Below are positions 20,790 through 29,880 of a stretch of 64,000 nucleotides of DNA, piece after piece. This DNA is from an uncultured Candidatus Saccharibacteria bacterium (GTDB lineage Bacteria > Patescibacteriota > Minisyncoccia > Phycocordibacterales > CAIZLB01): the NCBI GenBank assembly GCA_964450605.1, contig CAYVEK010000002.1, forward strand, positions 87,681 through 151,680, written 5' to 3'. The notes under the pieces are model-generated. The model had not been told where the DNA came from and searched no databases. It was given only the letters and a program-made list of their open reading frames with translations. Within the stretch, counting starts at the first letter, position 1, and every line of letters starts with the position of its first letter. The position numbers and the translations under genes are program-made.

Positions 20790-21467
20790 TCACGAATCCC
20801 CTTCTATATCCTCAGCCACGATCCAATCACAACCCTCCGGACCAACCACTGCAGTGTGTTTTACATGTGAAGGAACATCAAATCTCTCACCGGCCTTAAA
20901 GGTTTTATCAAAACCACTGGTAAAAGTAACTGAGCCTCTGAGTATATAAAAAGCTGTTCTTCCTTTATGTTCATGTTCTTCGTACACAGTGTTAGGTGCA
21001 TCTGTCCATTCGAAGATGTGGAGGTATCCGTCTTTTTTGAATTGACCTTTAAGGTAATCTTTTATTAATTCAATATCTCGCAAATCTTTTTCACGAGCAC
21101 TATCAGCTTTGCATACTAAAATATTCGGTAATGACTGAACAGGTATATCGTTGATTAAATCTGCCTCTGAAAGAACTTTTTGAACATCAAAGAAATAATT
21201 TTGTTTTTCCAAATACACATCTCCATATATTTCTATATCATCTTTTATTAGTCGTTTACGATTCCATTTTTGTTCGTACTCAGAATCTAGGATAAAACCC
21301 TCTGACATAAGGCGATTAAATAAATCTGGAGCAACTAAAATATCCAGGTCTCTAGTATCTCGAATTCCTCTTACTGCAAGGTTTGAACCTCCTATGAGCA
21401 TATATTGACCCGTTGGTAAGTTGAGGGATTTAACTTTATTTATTATGTCTGTGGGTGTATATGACAT
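20790..21467 (-). CDS. Nucleotidyltransferase-like domain fused to cupin domain
   Basis: GGS..DLD in the N-half; HEH..FYILRG..HTA in the C-half. Confidence 0.6.
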   Translation of the reverse strand: MSYTPTDIINKVKSLNLPTGQYMLIGGSNLAVRGIRDTRDLDILVAPDLFNRLMSEGFILDSEYEQKWNRKRLIKDDIEIYGDVYLEKQNYFFDVQKVLSEADLINDIPVQSLPNILVCKADSAREKDLRDIELIKDYLKGQFKKDGYLHIFEWTDAPNTVYEEHEHKGRTAFYILRGSVTFTSGFDKTFKAGERFDVPSHVKHTAVVGPEGCDWIVAEDIEGDS

Positions 21468-21469
21468 GT

Positions 21470-21793
21470 TTATATATTCTCTAACGGATACACATCCATT
21501 GCAATCTCATCATATGGGTGCACTTCTTTAATAGCCCTGATAACCTCTTGCAGTTTTTCCCTCGAACAGATTGTTTCTATTCTTTCTTCTATCACCTCTT
21601 CAAACTTTCCAACTTCACCGATATGAGGGTTTGCACCAACTTCAGGTTTAAATCTCCCTATACCTTTTGAAGAAAAAGTACAGTACGTGTAGTTACCTAT
21701 TTTTCCTGCTCCTGCTTTTCCCATAGCTTCTCGAACAATATCAGTGTGAGTTTCTGGGACGAATATGACGATTTTGACGTTAAGTGAGTTCAT
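21470..21793 (-). CDS. YqfO/NIF3 insertion-like small protein
   Basis: GAGKIGNYTYCTF..G.GRF, HPYDE. Confidence 0.8.
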   Translation of the reverse strand: MNSLNVKIVIFVPETHTDIVREAMGKAGAGKIGNYTYCTFSSKGIGRFKPEVGANPHIGEVGKFEEVIEERIETICSREKLQEVIRAIKEVHPYDEIAMDVYPLENI

Positions 21794-21797
21794 ATTA

Positions 21798-22616
21798 TTA
21801 TTTTAATTTCTTAATTGTATTATTAGACTGCAGTGATTTCATTTGAGATATTGCAATTTCATTTAATTTTAATATTCTATCAGATTGAGTCATTCCCATT
21901 TTTATAAACTCAGCATTCAATGTTTCTAGATTTGCAAGACATACAAGCTCATACACATCAGCATAATCACGCATATTTCCTTCTTTATTTTTATTCTTAC
22001 TCTTCCACTCCTGAGCAGTCATTCCGAAAAGTGCCTTATTTAAAATATCAGCCTCGTTTGCATAGATTCCTACCGCATCCTGTTTTGATAATTTATTTGG
22101 TAAAACAATATTTTCTTTAATTGAATCTGTGTGAATTTTATAATTTATTTTTGTCAAAACTCTTTTTGCATCCCATCCAATCGTTAGACGTTCGGCTTCA
22201 TCTATTTTCAACCTTTGAAACTCTTTGATCAGATACAGTTTAAACTCAGCAGAAATCCAAGTGGCAAATTCAAATGCAATGTCTTTATGGGCAAATGTAC
22301 CTCCGCCATTTCCAGACTTAGAGATAATTCCAACGGCACCTGTAGTCTCTATCCACTTCTGAGGTGATAAAGTAAAACTATTGGAACCAGCCTCTTTTTT
22401 AAAGGCGTCGAATTCGACCCCTTTGAAATTTAAATTATTAACCCTTTCCCAAACACCCAAAAACTCTATAGTAGAATAATTTCTCATCCAATTTTTAACA
22501 ACATCTTTTGGCTCATTTGGATTCTTATATCGAGCAATATCAGTAAGGGAAATATAATCATCCTGACCCTGTCTAAATGTGTATATTTGAATACCTTGAG
22601 TGTTTATCTTCTTCAT
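21798..22616 (-). CDS. KilA-N domain DNA-binding protein
   Basis: DYISLTDIA, GGTFAHKDIAFEFATWIS. Confidence 0.88.
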   Translation of the reverse strand: MKKINTQGIQIYTFRQGQDDYISLTDIARYKNPNEPKDVVKNWMRNYSTIEFLGVWERVNNLNFKGVEFDAFKKEAGSNSFTLSPQKWIETTGAVGIISKSGNGGGTFAHKDIAFEFATWISAEFKLYLIKEFQRLKIDEAERLTIGWDAKRVLTKINYKIHTDSIKENIVLPNKLSKQDAVGIYANEADILNKALFGMTAQEWKSKNKNKEGNMRDYADVYELVCLANLETLNAEFIKMGMTQSDRILKLNEIAISQMKSLQSNNTIKKLK

Positions 22617-22648
22617 ATTTGCTCAAAGTGTATCATACTAAAAATCTT

Positions 22649-23122
22649 TTATTTATGTTGTAATGTTTGAACAACAATACGATGTCTATATTTGGCATGT
22701 CTAACAGACTCATCTAAAAATCTAGTGATTCGAACATCACGATTGCCGTCAGAGATAATACGAACATCTGCCACAAAAAATTCATTATTTGCTTTAAAAA
22801 GAAATCTAAAACATGTCCACTCTTCCATGCTTAAGATATAGTCTTTCGCATTATGTATGATAAAACTTTTTATCTGCGGAGTTGTGAGAACTAAATGGTC
22901 TATGTTTTGATCAATACTTTCAAAAATATTTTTATACTCCGCATCCTCTGTTTGTTCATACACATCTACCGTAATATCAGGAGTTGGAGACTCAGGTTTA
23001 TCGCACCCCCAATTTTTAAAATCAGGACTAATATAGTTAAAAATATCTTGGGCAGAAGCGAGGATTTCTGTACCGTCAGTAGAGCCAATCGTTACAGATG
23101 TGTCTAGCTTATTACAAATCAT
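22649..23122 (-). CDS. Hypothetical protein starting immediately after att-like repeat 1
   Basis: 157-aa ORF; start codon lies in the repeat trailer. Confidence 0.6.
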   Translation of the reverse strand: MICNKLDTSVTIGSTDGTEILASAQDIFNYISPDFKNWGCDKPESPTPDITVDVYEQTEDAEYKNIFESIDQNIDHLVLTTPQIKSFIIHNAKDYILSMEEWTCFRFLFKANNEFFVADVRIISDGNRDVRITRFLDESVRHAKYRHRIVVQTLQHK

Positions 23123-23123
23123 T

Positions 23124-23150
23124 GTTGGACGGATTGATACAAGTTAGAAC
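23124..23150. repeat. att-like repeat copy 1
   Basis: GTTGGACGGATTGATACAAGTTAGAAC. Confidence 0.85.
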
Positions 23151-23154
23151 CGTT

Positions 23155-23487
23155 TTAATTAAAATACAAGAACATTCCCATCACCAAAATCAGCTGAATT
23201 CCCACAGTAAACAGTAATCTTTTAAATCCTGTAGACTGAACCAATGAAGCGTGTTGCAAAACACTCACACCGATAGGATCAATCTGGTTTCCTAAATCAG
23301 TAGGCTTTGTTGATGGATCATAAAGATATACTGCCAGCGACAATGTGTACACAAGAATTGCCTGAAGTAATCCGCTAATAATGGTTTGATTTTCCTGATA
23401 TTTGAAAAATACTGTTGATATTAGTGAAAACACTATAGCAGTAATGAATAAAATTGTGAGCGAAACTTTTTTGGATCTATAATACAT
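23155..23487 (-). CDS. Small membrane protein (cassette cargo)
   Basis: Three hydrophobic segments; fills the space between repeats 1 and 2. Confidence 0.6.
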   Translation of the reverse strand: MYYRSKKVSLTILFITAIVFSLISTVFFKYQENQTIISGLLQAILVYTLSLAVYLYDPSTKPTDLGNQIDPIGVSVLQHASLVQSTGFKRLLFTVGIQLILVMGMFLYFN

Positions 23488-23513
23488 ACATAAATAATAC
23501 CACAAAACCTCTC

Positions 23514-23540
23514 GTTGGACCGATTACGTGAAGTTAGAAC
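23514..23540. repeat. att-like repeat copy 2
   Basis: GTTGGACCGATTACGTGAAGTTAGAAC. Confidence 0.88.
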
Positions 23541-23561
23541 TGCTTTGATAAAATCAAGCCT

Positions 23562-23861
23562 TTAATTGCCTGAAAAACAGATATACTCATGAGTATTAAT
23601 TGTTAATATAAAATCTTGTATTTGAGAAGAAACACTTGCTAATTCTTCAGAGAACTTGAACGTCTTCAACTCGGATATCAATTGAGGAACTTGTAGTGTA
23701 TTGAAAATTGTATCTCCATAAGGATCAATTCCCCAGAGAGTTTTGAAAGTTTTTTCCTGATCCCTGTCATGTATTTCAGCAAGAAGACGACCGAAATCTA
23801 GGTTTGAATCGGTTATTATTTTCCCATGTTCGTCTTGTAAGAATATTCCTATTGGTTGCAT
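23562..23861 (-). CDS. Small hypothetical protein (cassette cargo)
   Basis: 99 aa, IDPYGDTIFN motif; fills the space between repeats 2 and 3. Confidence 0.65.
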   Translation of the reverse strand: MQPIGIFLQDEHGKIITDSNLDFGRLLAEIHDRDQEKTFKTLWGIDPYGDTIFNTLQVPQLISELKTFKFSEELASVSSQIQDFILTINTHEYICFSGN

Positions 23862-23881
23862 ATTGTGATCATATCACACAA

Positions 23882-23927
23882 TTTGTTAACAAAATCACTT
23901 GTTGGACGGATTACGTGAAGTTAGAAC
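23882..23927. repeat. att-like repeat copy 3 with 23-bp direct repeat of the tRNA-Gln 3' end/trailer
   Basis: TTTGTTAACAAAATCACTTGTTG at 23882-23904 equals 28003-28025; continues GACGGATTACGTGAAGTTAGAAC. Confidence 0.9.
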
Positions 23928-24057
23928 CTCTTTATATCATACTTTGGTGGGTAAATATGCAGTGATGAGGACATGTGAAAAAGTCTAATACCATTGACAT
24001 TTGTATCTATGGATTGTATTATTGCAGGCAGAAACCAAACCCTCAAACTCCCGCACA

Positions 24058-25917
24058 ATGAACAAAATAATCGCTCCCCTTCTCGTCATCTGTATGATGG
24101 CCTTGAACCTCACCACCAACACATCTTGGGAGGTTAATCTCTCACCAGACTCCGTCTGCAAAATGATCTACAACCACACGGACGTAGACAAACCAATCAC
24201 CCTCAAAGCTCGTTCTGTTGAAGTCGAGATGTACGTAGAGTACGGATGGGGTTGGAGGACAGTTAACGTGCTTGGTGAACCCAAGACCGAAATATCCTTC
24301 AAACCGGGCCCTGCATACATCGTTCCGATCTGTGATATCAGAGTGCTTTCCAATAAGAAACGTCATACCGACTTCGCCTTGCGAGTCTGCGCCGTGGCCG
24401 CTCCGTACTGGATATGCAATAAGAATCCAAATCGTCGCCTCAGCCTCAACAGTCGAACGCCATTCTCGTTGCAGAACGCTCTCCGATGTGTCGCTGAAGC
24501 AGCTCAAAACGAAGAAGGTCCACTCAATGCAAATTGGACTGATCCCGAACTCGTTCACGAATCAATGATGCTCTTCGATGATTACGAAGAGAACGCTGCC
24601 AGCTTTGCAGACCGCCTCCGGCTCATTCAGCCAAACGTCCTGTACATCGGATCAATGACCCTGTCTTTCCCCGGGGCTGTCGAACTTGCCCGCACAGCAA
24701 AGCAAATGTTTGGAGACGGGATTCTCGTAGTGCTTGGCGGCCGACATGTGAACGAAACGTTTTACACGGAGGCAAATCAAATCAAGCATCACAAAGGATC
24801 ACCGCTCCTACTTATGCAGCAAGGAAAGATCGACCAGGTCTTCGACTTGGTCGTCTCAGGCGATGGAGAGCATATATCATTAAAGATCGCCGAGATTGTC
24901 CAACGCGTCGCGACGGACAATCTAATGGTGCGAAACTTTTTTGATCACTCGCTCGAACTTTCCGAGGCTCCAGGAATCTGGCAAGCCGGATGGATCACCG
25001 CTCGGAACGAGATCGAAACGGTGCGTAGTTTAAAACCGCAAGACCGCAGCAGTTTACCAATCCCGGCAGAGGTCTTTGGTATCACCTCGCGCTTCCCTAT
25101 CTTTGGCACGGATTACACCGCGCACGTCTACAGCGATTCAAGTCGAGGCTGCGTGCGAGACTGCAGCTTCTGCAGCGAACGTCGATCAGTGGCCGGAGGT
25201 ATGCAAAACCCTGCGGCCAGTGCTGATCGATTGTTTAGACAGCTTCTTACAGTTCAAGAAATCGGCAGGATCAACGAGTGCTCGGTCAGTGCCTTCGTGG
25301 AGGATTCAATTCTCCTCGCCGGCAGTCCGCAGTACTTATCACGTCTTGCCGATCTTATGGAGAAATCCAAGTTCAACATGAGGTTCGGCGGTCAGTTCAC
25401 CGTAGCTGACCTAACAAACCCCCTCGTGCAACAACAGATTCAAAGACTACAGCAATATGGGTTGTACTATATCTACACAGGTATGGAAACAATCAACCCT
25501 GAAGCTGCGGCAGCCATGAGCAAAAACCGTAAGAAGAATACCCCGTGGTTAACACAAAACACCGAGGCTATAGACTTCGTGAGCAGGATCGGGCTAAAGT
25601 TCGGAGTGTCGGTTCTCTTCGGTATCGGCGAAAGCCAACTCGAGAGACTCCTACACCTGGACACACTCGCAGAGTGGCAGAGAGAATATCAAAACCCCTG
25701 CGTAGTCAGCCTGAATTGGGCGACCGAACACCCACTACTCAACCAGTCGTCACACGACTTTGTTGAGTGGGGCACCAACAGAGACGATCCTCGTCTTAGT
25801 TTGATGCAAGAGGTGTTCGGGGAATCATCCGCAAGGTATTGTTTCCACCCCCTACCCAACACAGAAGAACTCAGTATAATCGCGGAAAAGTTCAGAAACC
25901 TCAACAACCGTACGTAA
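24058..25917 (+). CDS. B12-binding-domain radical SAM protein with extra N-terminal domain
   Basis: CVRDCSFC (CxxxCxxC), VLGGRHV, VVSGDGE, YTGMET; TTGACA-17-TATTAT promoter at 23994-24022 supports ATG 24058. Confidence 0.85.
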   Translation: MNKIIAPLLVICMMALNLTTNTSWEVNLSPDSVCKMIYNHTDVDKPITLKARSVEVEMYVEYGWGWRTVNVLGEPKTEISFKPGPAYIVPICDIRVLSNKKRHTDFALRVCAVAAPYWICNKNPNRRLSLNSRTPFSLQNALRCVAEAAQNEEGPLNANWTDPELVHESMMLFDDYEENAASFADRLRLIQPNVLYIGSMTLSFPGAVELARTAKQMFGDGILVVLGGRHVNETFYTEANQIKHHKGSPLLLMQQGKIDQVFDLVVSGDGEHISLKIAEIVQRVATDNLMVRNFFDHSLELSEAPGIWQAGWITARNEIETVRSLKPQDRSSLPIPAEVFGITSRFPIFGTDYTAHVYSDSSRGCVRDCSFCSERRSVAGGMQNPAASADRLFRQLLTVQEIGRINECSVSAFVEDSILLAGSPQYLSRLADLMEKSKFNMRFGGQFTVADLTNPLVQQQIQRLQQYGLYYIYTGMETINPEAAAAMSKNRKKNTPWLTQNTEAIDFVSRIGLKFGVSVLFGIGESQLERLLHLDTLAEWQREYQNPCVVSLNWATEHPLLNQSSHDFVEWGTNRDDPRLSLMQEVFGESSARYCFHPLPNTEELSIIAEKFRNLNNRT

Positions 25918-25944
25918 AGTAAGCAACCCTGACTACGTACAAAT

Positions 25945-25980
25945 CCTCGTACCGGAGCAATCTGGTGCGAGGCATTTTTT
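25945..25980 (+). terminator. Intrinsic terminator
   Basis: CCTCGTACCGGA-GCAA-TCTGGTGCGAGG then T tract. Confidence 0.7.
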
Positions 25981-27043
25981 ATAATAATTCTTTGCAGGCA
26001 ATTACCAATGTATCAATATCTTTCTTACTATTTGATATTGATAGAGATATTCTAATAAGTGGAATACCGGGTTCTACAATACTATATCCCATATTATCAG
26101 ATACACTGATTTTATATTGATCTAATAATTTTTTAACTACATCTGCAGTTAGATCTCTATCCCCTACTGACAATGTAATAATATGATTTACTTGGTGTGG
26201 CACCTCATAAATATATTTCTCTAGACCATTTAATTTAAATTGCTCTACTAGATACAATCTAAGATCATGTATATGTTTTTCAAAATCAACTTCGTTAAAT
26301 TGCTTTAACATCTCAACCGTTGAAAATAACTCCTTGGTATAACCACCGAGATCAATCTGAGGATACTCACAATCCTCAGATATATATTTATATTTAAATC
26401 CTTTTTCCAAAACACAGAGACCGAGATGTAGTTCAGCACCGATGAACTTCGATGATGTAGCAATGTATGCATCCGTATAATGCAATGGATAGATTTTTGA
26501 TCCACCAATCATCTGCGCTCCATCTGCAATACATACAGCATCTGGATATTTTTCTTTTACATGTTTAAAAATAGACTCAACTGGATATTCTTGTCCGGTT
26601 AATCTCGATACATGTGAATGAATGACAACGACAACAATTCCTTCATCTTCCAGAATCATAGGTCCCTCATCTGGATCGAATACTGTAACTGGATGTGACT
26701 GAAATGTGAATTGATGCTTTGTTGCATAGTTTGGATATGACATATCTTCCAATGACAGCTCTCCTCGTTGCAATATATCTTTAATCCAAAAAACCTCATG
26801 GGCATCTAAGAATATGGATATAGGTTTTCCGTTCTTACTCACCATATCAACAATATATGCAATATGGGTTGAAACATTCTGATCAATATAGACATGTTGG
26901 TCAACGTCAGTCCATAGAACTGACATATCCTGACGCAACCGCGAAACCAACTCACCCGAGTCTTGTTTGATCTCTGTATTAGATAGGAGTTTTGGCTTTC
27001 TACCATCACAGCTGTTCAAATAAATTATCGGCATTAGATTCAT
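25979..27043 (-). CDS. Divergent PLP-dependent class V aminotransferase-like protein
   Basis: SHVSRLTG, ADGAQMIG, TSSKF (PLP Lys), IRISL..NSKKDID. Confidence 0.7.
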   Translation of the reverse strand: MNLMPIIYLNSCDGRKPKLLSNTEIKQDSGELVSRLRQDMSVLWTDVDQHVYIDQNVSTHIAYIVDMVSKNGKPISIFLDAHEVFWIKDILQRGELSLEDMSYPNYATKHQFTFQSHPVTVFDPDEGPMILEDEGIVVVVIHSHVSRLTGQEYPVESIFKHVKEKYPDAVCIADGAQMIGGSKIYPLHYTDAYIATSSKFIGAELHLGLCVLEKGFKYKYISEDCEYPQIDLGGYTKELFSTVEMLKQFNEVDFEKHIHDLRLYLVEQFKLNGLEKYIYEVPHQVNHIITLSVGDRDLTADVVKKLLDQYKISVSDNMGYSIVEPGIPLIRISLSISNSKKDIDTLVIACKELL

Positions 27044-27061
27044 AGTAGCATATCGATATCT

Positions 27062-27982
27062 CTATACCATATATGTCAGAGAATCCTCATAGGCAAGGTC
27101 TTCCCCTTTTAAGATCTTTTGGTATATGTCTTTCACCTTTGAAGTCAGCGGCCCTATCTTACCCTCACCTATCTTCCGCGCATCCACTTCAATAACAGGC
27201 GCTACAAAAGAAGACGTCCCGCAAGCAAAGACCTCATCTGCCACATACAATTCTGTTAAATCAATATTTCGTTCCATCACAGGAATATTCAAACTCTCCG
27301 CAATTTTAAAAATTATTTTTCTATTAATTCCCTCAAGAATATCATTAGATGAGTTTGGAGTAATCAAAGCTCTATTTCGCACAATGAAAATATTTGCCGC
27401 ACTCAACTCGCACACATGTCCGTCATTGTCTAAAAATATACAGTCATCATACCTACTGTCGAGTGCATCTTGTTTACCTAATACTGAGTTCACATACGCT
27501 CCATTAACTTTGGCTCTAGATGGTATTGAATAATCAGGAATACGTCGCCATACACTTGTTTTCAGCCGCACACCATTTTGAGGAATGATCGGATTGGCTT
27601 CATATATGAATATACTTAGCATCGTCTTAAGCCCTCTTGATCGAGTACCTGGAACCAAATCGACCACGTGTACTGTAGCTCTGACAAATGATAACGCAGT
27701 TATATTATTTGCTTTTATAACTTCTGATACAGCTTTTTCAAATCGCGCATAAGCCCACTCTGATTCAAAAGTATCAATGCCAATTATTTTTGATGAGTTG
27801 ATGAGTCGAGTGTAGTGATCTTTGAGATAGAGTGAAGCTATTCCTTTTTTAGTAGAAATAACTGGAAATACAGTGTATACACTGAGGCCATATAGTACAG
27901 CAGAACTCGCCACACTTAGATGAGCGTCTTCGATTGGGATGATTTTGTTTCCAAAATAGGCTTGAGGATGTATGTTGGACAT
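27062..27982 (-). CDS. PLP-dependent class IV aminotransferase (IlvE-like)
   Basis: VLYG, RAKVNGAYVNS, ELSAANIF, ILEGINR, ADEVFACGT. Confidence 0.88.
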   Translation of the reverse strand: MSNIHPQAYFGNKIIPIEDAHLSVASSAVLYGLSVYTVFPVISTKKGIASLYLKDHYTRLINSSKIIGIDTFESEWAYARFEKAVSEVIKANNITALSFVRATVHVVDLVPGTRSRGLKTMLSIFIYEANPIIPQNGVRLKTSVWRRIPDYSIPSRAKVNGAYVNSVLGKQDALDSRYDDCIFLDNDGHVCELSAANIFIVRNRALITPNSSNDILEGINRKIIFKIAESLNIPVMERNIDLTELYVADEVFACGTSSFVAPVIEVDARKIGEGKIGPLTSKVKDIYQKILKGEDLAYEDSLTYMV

Positions 27983-28022
27983 TACGATAAATTATAAAGT
28001 TTTTTGTTAACAAAATCACTTG

Positions 28023-28093
28023 TTGCCAGACTTGGAATCGAACCAAGATTAACGGGATCAGAATCCGTTGTCCTACCTTTAGACGATCTGGCA
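28023..28093 (-). tRNA. tRNA-Gln(CTG)
   Basis: Cloverleaf TGCCAGA...TCTGGCA, loop TT-CTG-AT, T arm CTTGG-TTCGATT-CCAAG; CCA not encoded. Confidence 0.93.
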
Positions 28094-28260
28094 ATAGCCC
28101 CATTATACATATTTATAAAGTTTTTTCCACCAACTCTTGACACCACAAAAAACCAGCGCTAGACTAAATTACGGCACCTTCAAAGGAATCTCTCTGATCT
28201 GTTTTCAGAAGAGCTCTTCCGGTCCTCAGGTGACCAACTTCCAACCAACCTGCCACCATC

Positions 28261-28392
28261 ATGGCCCAACAAAAACCCAAACCACCTCGTCACGTATCTC
28301 ACCAGACCAGAAAAGGAGGGTCCTCCCCCCATTCAGGTCAAGCTCTCGCTGTCATCTGGGAAGGCCGAAAGCCTCCCAAGAAGCGGCACTGA
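28261..28392 (+). CDS. Putative 43-aa basic peptide
   Basis: MAQQKPKPPRHVSHQTRKGG...KKRH between TTGACA-17-TAGACT (28137-28165) and GC hairpin/T tract (28411-28450). Confidence 0.45.
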   Translation: MAQQKPKPPRHVSHQTRKGGSSPHSGQALAVIWEGRKPPKKRH

Positions 28393-28473
28393 GATCGTTA
28401 TCAACCCAAAACCCCGCCTCGGCATTACGCCGGGCGGGGTCCATTTTTTTATATAACTCAACCAACCCTCCTT

Positions 28474-29724
28474 TTACTGAACACCATTAACTCCATCATA
28501 TTTAGCCTCACCAACTATAGTGTTATATGCAGGTCTATACAAAAACACTTTGTTGTTTTTCTCGTAGAGCAAGATAACATCTCCATCCTGTGCATACATA
28601 AACAAACTATTTTTTCCAACAGATGTCTTTCTTACCTCTTCTATACTTGTAATGGTATAGATAATGGGTGTCTCTTTAACCGAAAGAGTTGTCAATTTTT
28701 CAACTCGTTCAGCTATGATTTGGTCACCTGTTTTTCCAGCATCTTCTCGTGTAGTTTTTCCAAACATTTCTTCAAAAAACTTTTCAAAAGAAAAATCTTT
28801 CACATTTGCAGTTGGTACAACAACAGGCTCTGTTGCAATAACTGATCCTTGTAGGCCAAATTTGTCTGAATATTTTACAGTCTTTGTAATCTTTCTTCCT
28901 TTACTGTTGTATGCCTGACGAGTATCTGTTCCTGTAGATGTAAACTGTACAAGATAGCCGGCAAGTTTTCCGTCTTCTGCAGTGATCTCTATTTTTCCTT
29001 TTGCAAGGTTTTCTGCGAATTGTTTATTGTTCTTAATCTCTTTTGCTGTAAGTTTTCTATTTTTTGCTTTAGCAAGTTTATTTACGTTTGCGATTAAAAC
29101 TGCTGGTTTAACTTTTATAGAATACACAGTTTTTGTTCCAACTTTTTTTGTTGTAACAGAAAACCAGTTTGTATTTGTCCATATAGCATCAACAGCACTT
29201 AGTGTATCAACTGAATTACTTTGTTTTGTTTTCTTAAATTCTGAACCATCAACACGTAGCCATACTCCACTGTATTGATCAAGGGCTGTTGTGTACAGTT
29301 TCTGCTGTGCGATTTTTACATACTCTGGATACATGTATACATACATCGCTTTTAAACTCGTATCATCATTTGCAATGGCAACTATGATATCAAACGGAAT
29401 CGCATAGTCATACATCAACATATATTCCGATGTAATATACATAGTACCTTTTAGCTCCACCAGATTATTTATATTATCTGTAGAAATCTTTAAATCTGCT
29501 TTTACCTTAGAAGTATCTTTTTTTGTTTTTGCACCTGGCTCAGTTATAGTTTCAACTGAGTCAACTTTAAAACTGATCTGTTCAGTACCGTTTAAACTTT
29601 CAGAAAGGAGTGGTGATTGTTTAAACAACTCCATTACTTTATCTTCTAACATACCGGCTTTTGCAGACGTCGCCCATGATAACGTCAAAAGGAACACTGT
29701 TAGGCTAAATATTATTTTTTTCAT
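28474..29724 (-). CDS. Hypothetical secreted protein
   Basis: Signal peptide; C-terminal AQDGDVILLY..KVFLYRP..IV. Confidence 0.7.
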   Translation of the reverse strand: MKKIIFSLTVFLLTLSWATSAKAGMLEDKVMELFKQSPLLSESLNGTEQISFKVDSVETITEPGAKTKKDTSKVKADLKISTDNINNLVELKGTMYITSEYMLMYDYAIPFDIIVAIANDDTSLKAMYVYMYPEYVKIAQQKLYTTALDQYSGVWLRVDGSEFKKTKQSNSVDTLSAVDAIWTNTNWFSVTTKKVGTKTVYSIKVKPAVLIANVNKLAKAKNRKLTAKEIKNNKQFAENLAKGKIEITAEDGKLAGYLVQFTSTGTDTRQAYNSKGRKITKTVKYSDKFGLQGSVIATEPVVVPTANVKDFSFEKFFEEMFGKTTREDAGKTGDQIIAERVEKLTTLSVKETPIIYTITSIEEVRKTSVGKNSLFMYAQDGDVILLYEKNNKVFLYRPAYNTIVGEAKYDGVNGVQ

Positions 29725-29880
29725 ATGTATATTGTATCTGTTTTTATGCTTGTTTTACAAGGTTTTTTAAGGGTTTATATAACTTGACAATGGGCTCAAA
29801 TATGGTATAATATATACATCCTGACAAATCGTGGAAAAGTACCACGATCCAGGCTCAACCAAAACTCCAGCACACGAACC

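Larger units (their letters stand above)
23905..28025. mobile_element. 4.1-kb integrase-less island at the tRNA-Gln 3' end
   Basis: Bounded by a perfect 23-bp direct repeat; three cargo genes, no recombinase. Confidence 0.7.

Noticed and set aside
23124-23927. 27-bp repeats as a CRISPR array
   Set aside because: Spacing is ~390 bp with whole genes between copies; no cas genes are present
23124-23927. Repeats as classical integron attC sites (GTTGGAC fits GTTRRRY)
   Set aside because: No inverse core or long imperfect palindrome and no IntI; the tRNA-linked direct repeat explains them better
27974-27986. GTTGGACATTACG resembling a fourth repeat copy
   Set aside because: Short, gapped, lacks the AAGTTAGAAC half and overlaps the aminotransferase start codons; likely chance
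28137-28490. 117-aa ORF from the track
   Set aside because: It starts at the -35 box and runs through the terminator; the internal 43-aa ORF fits the signals better
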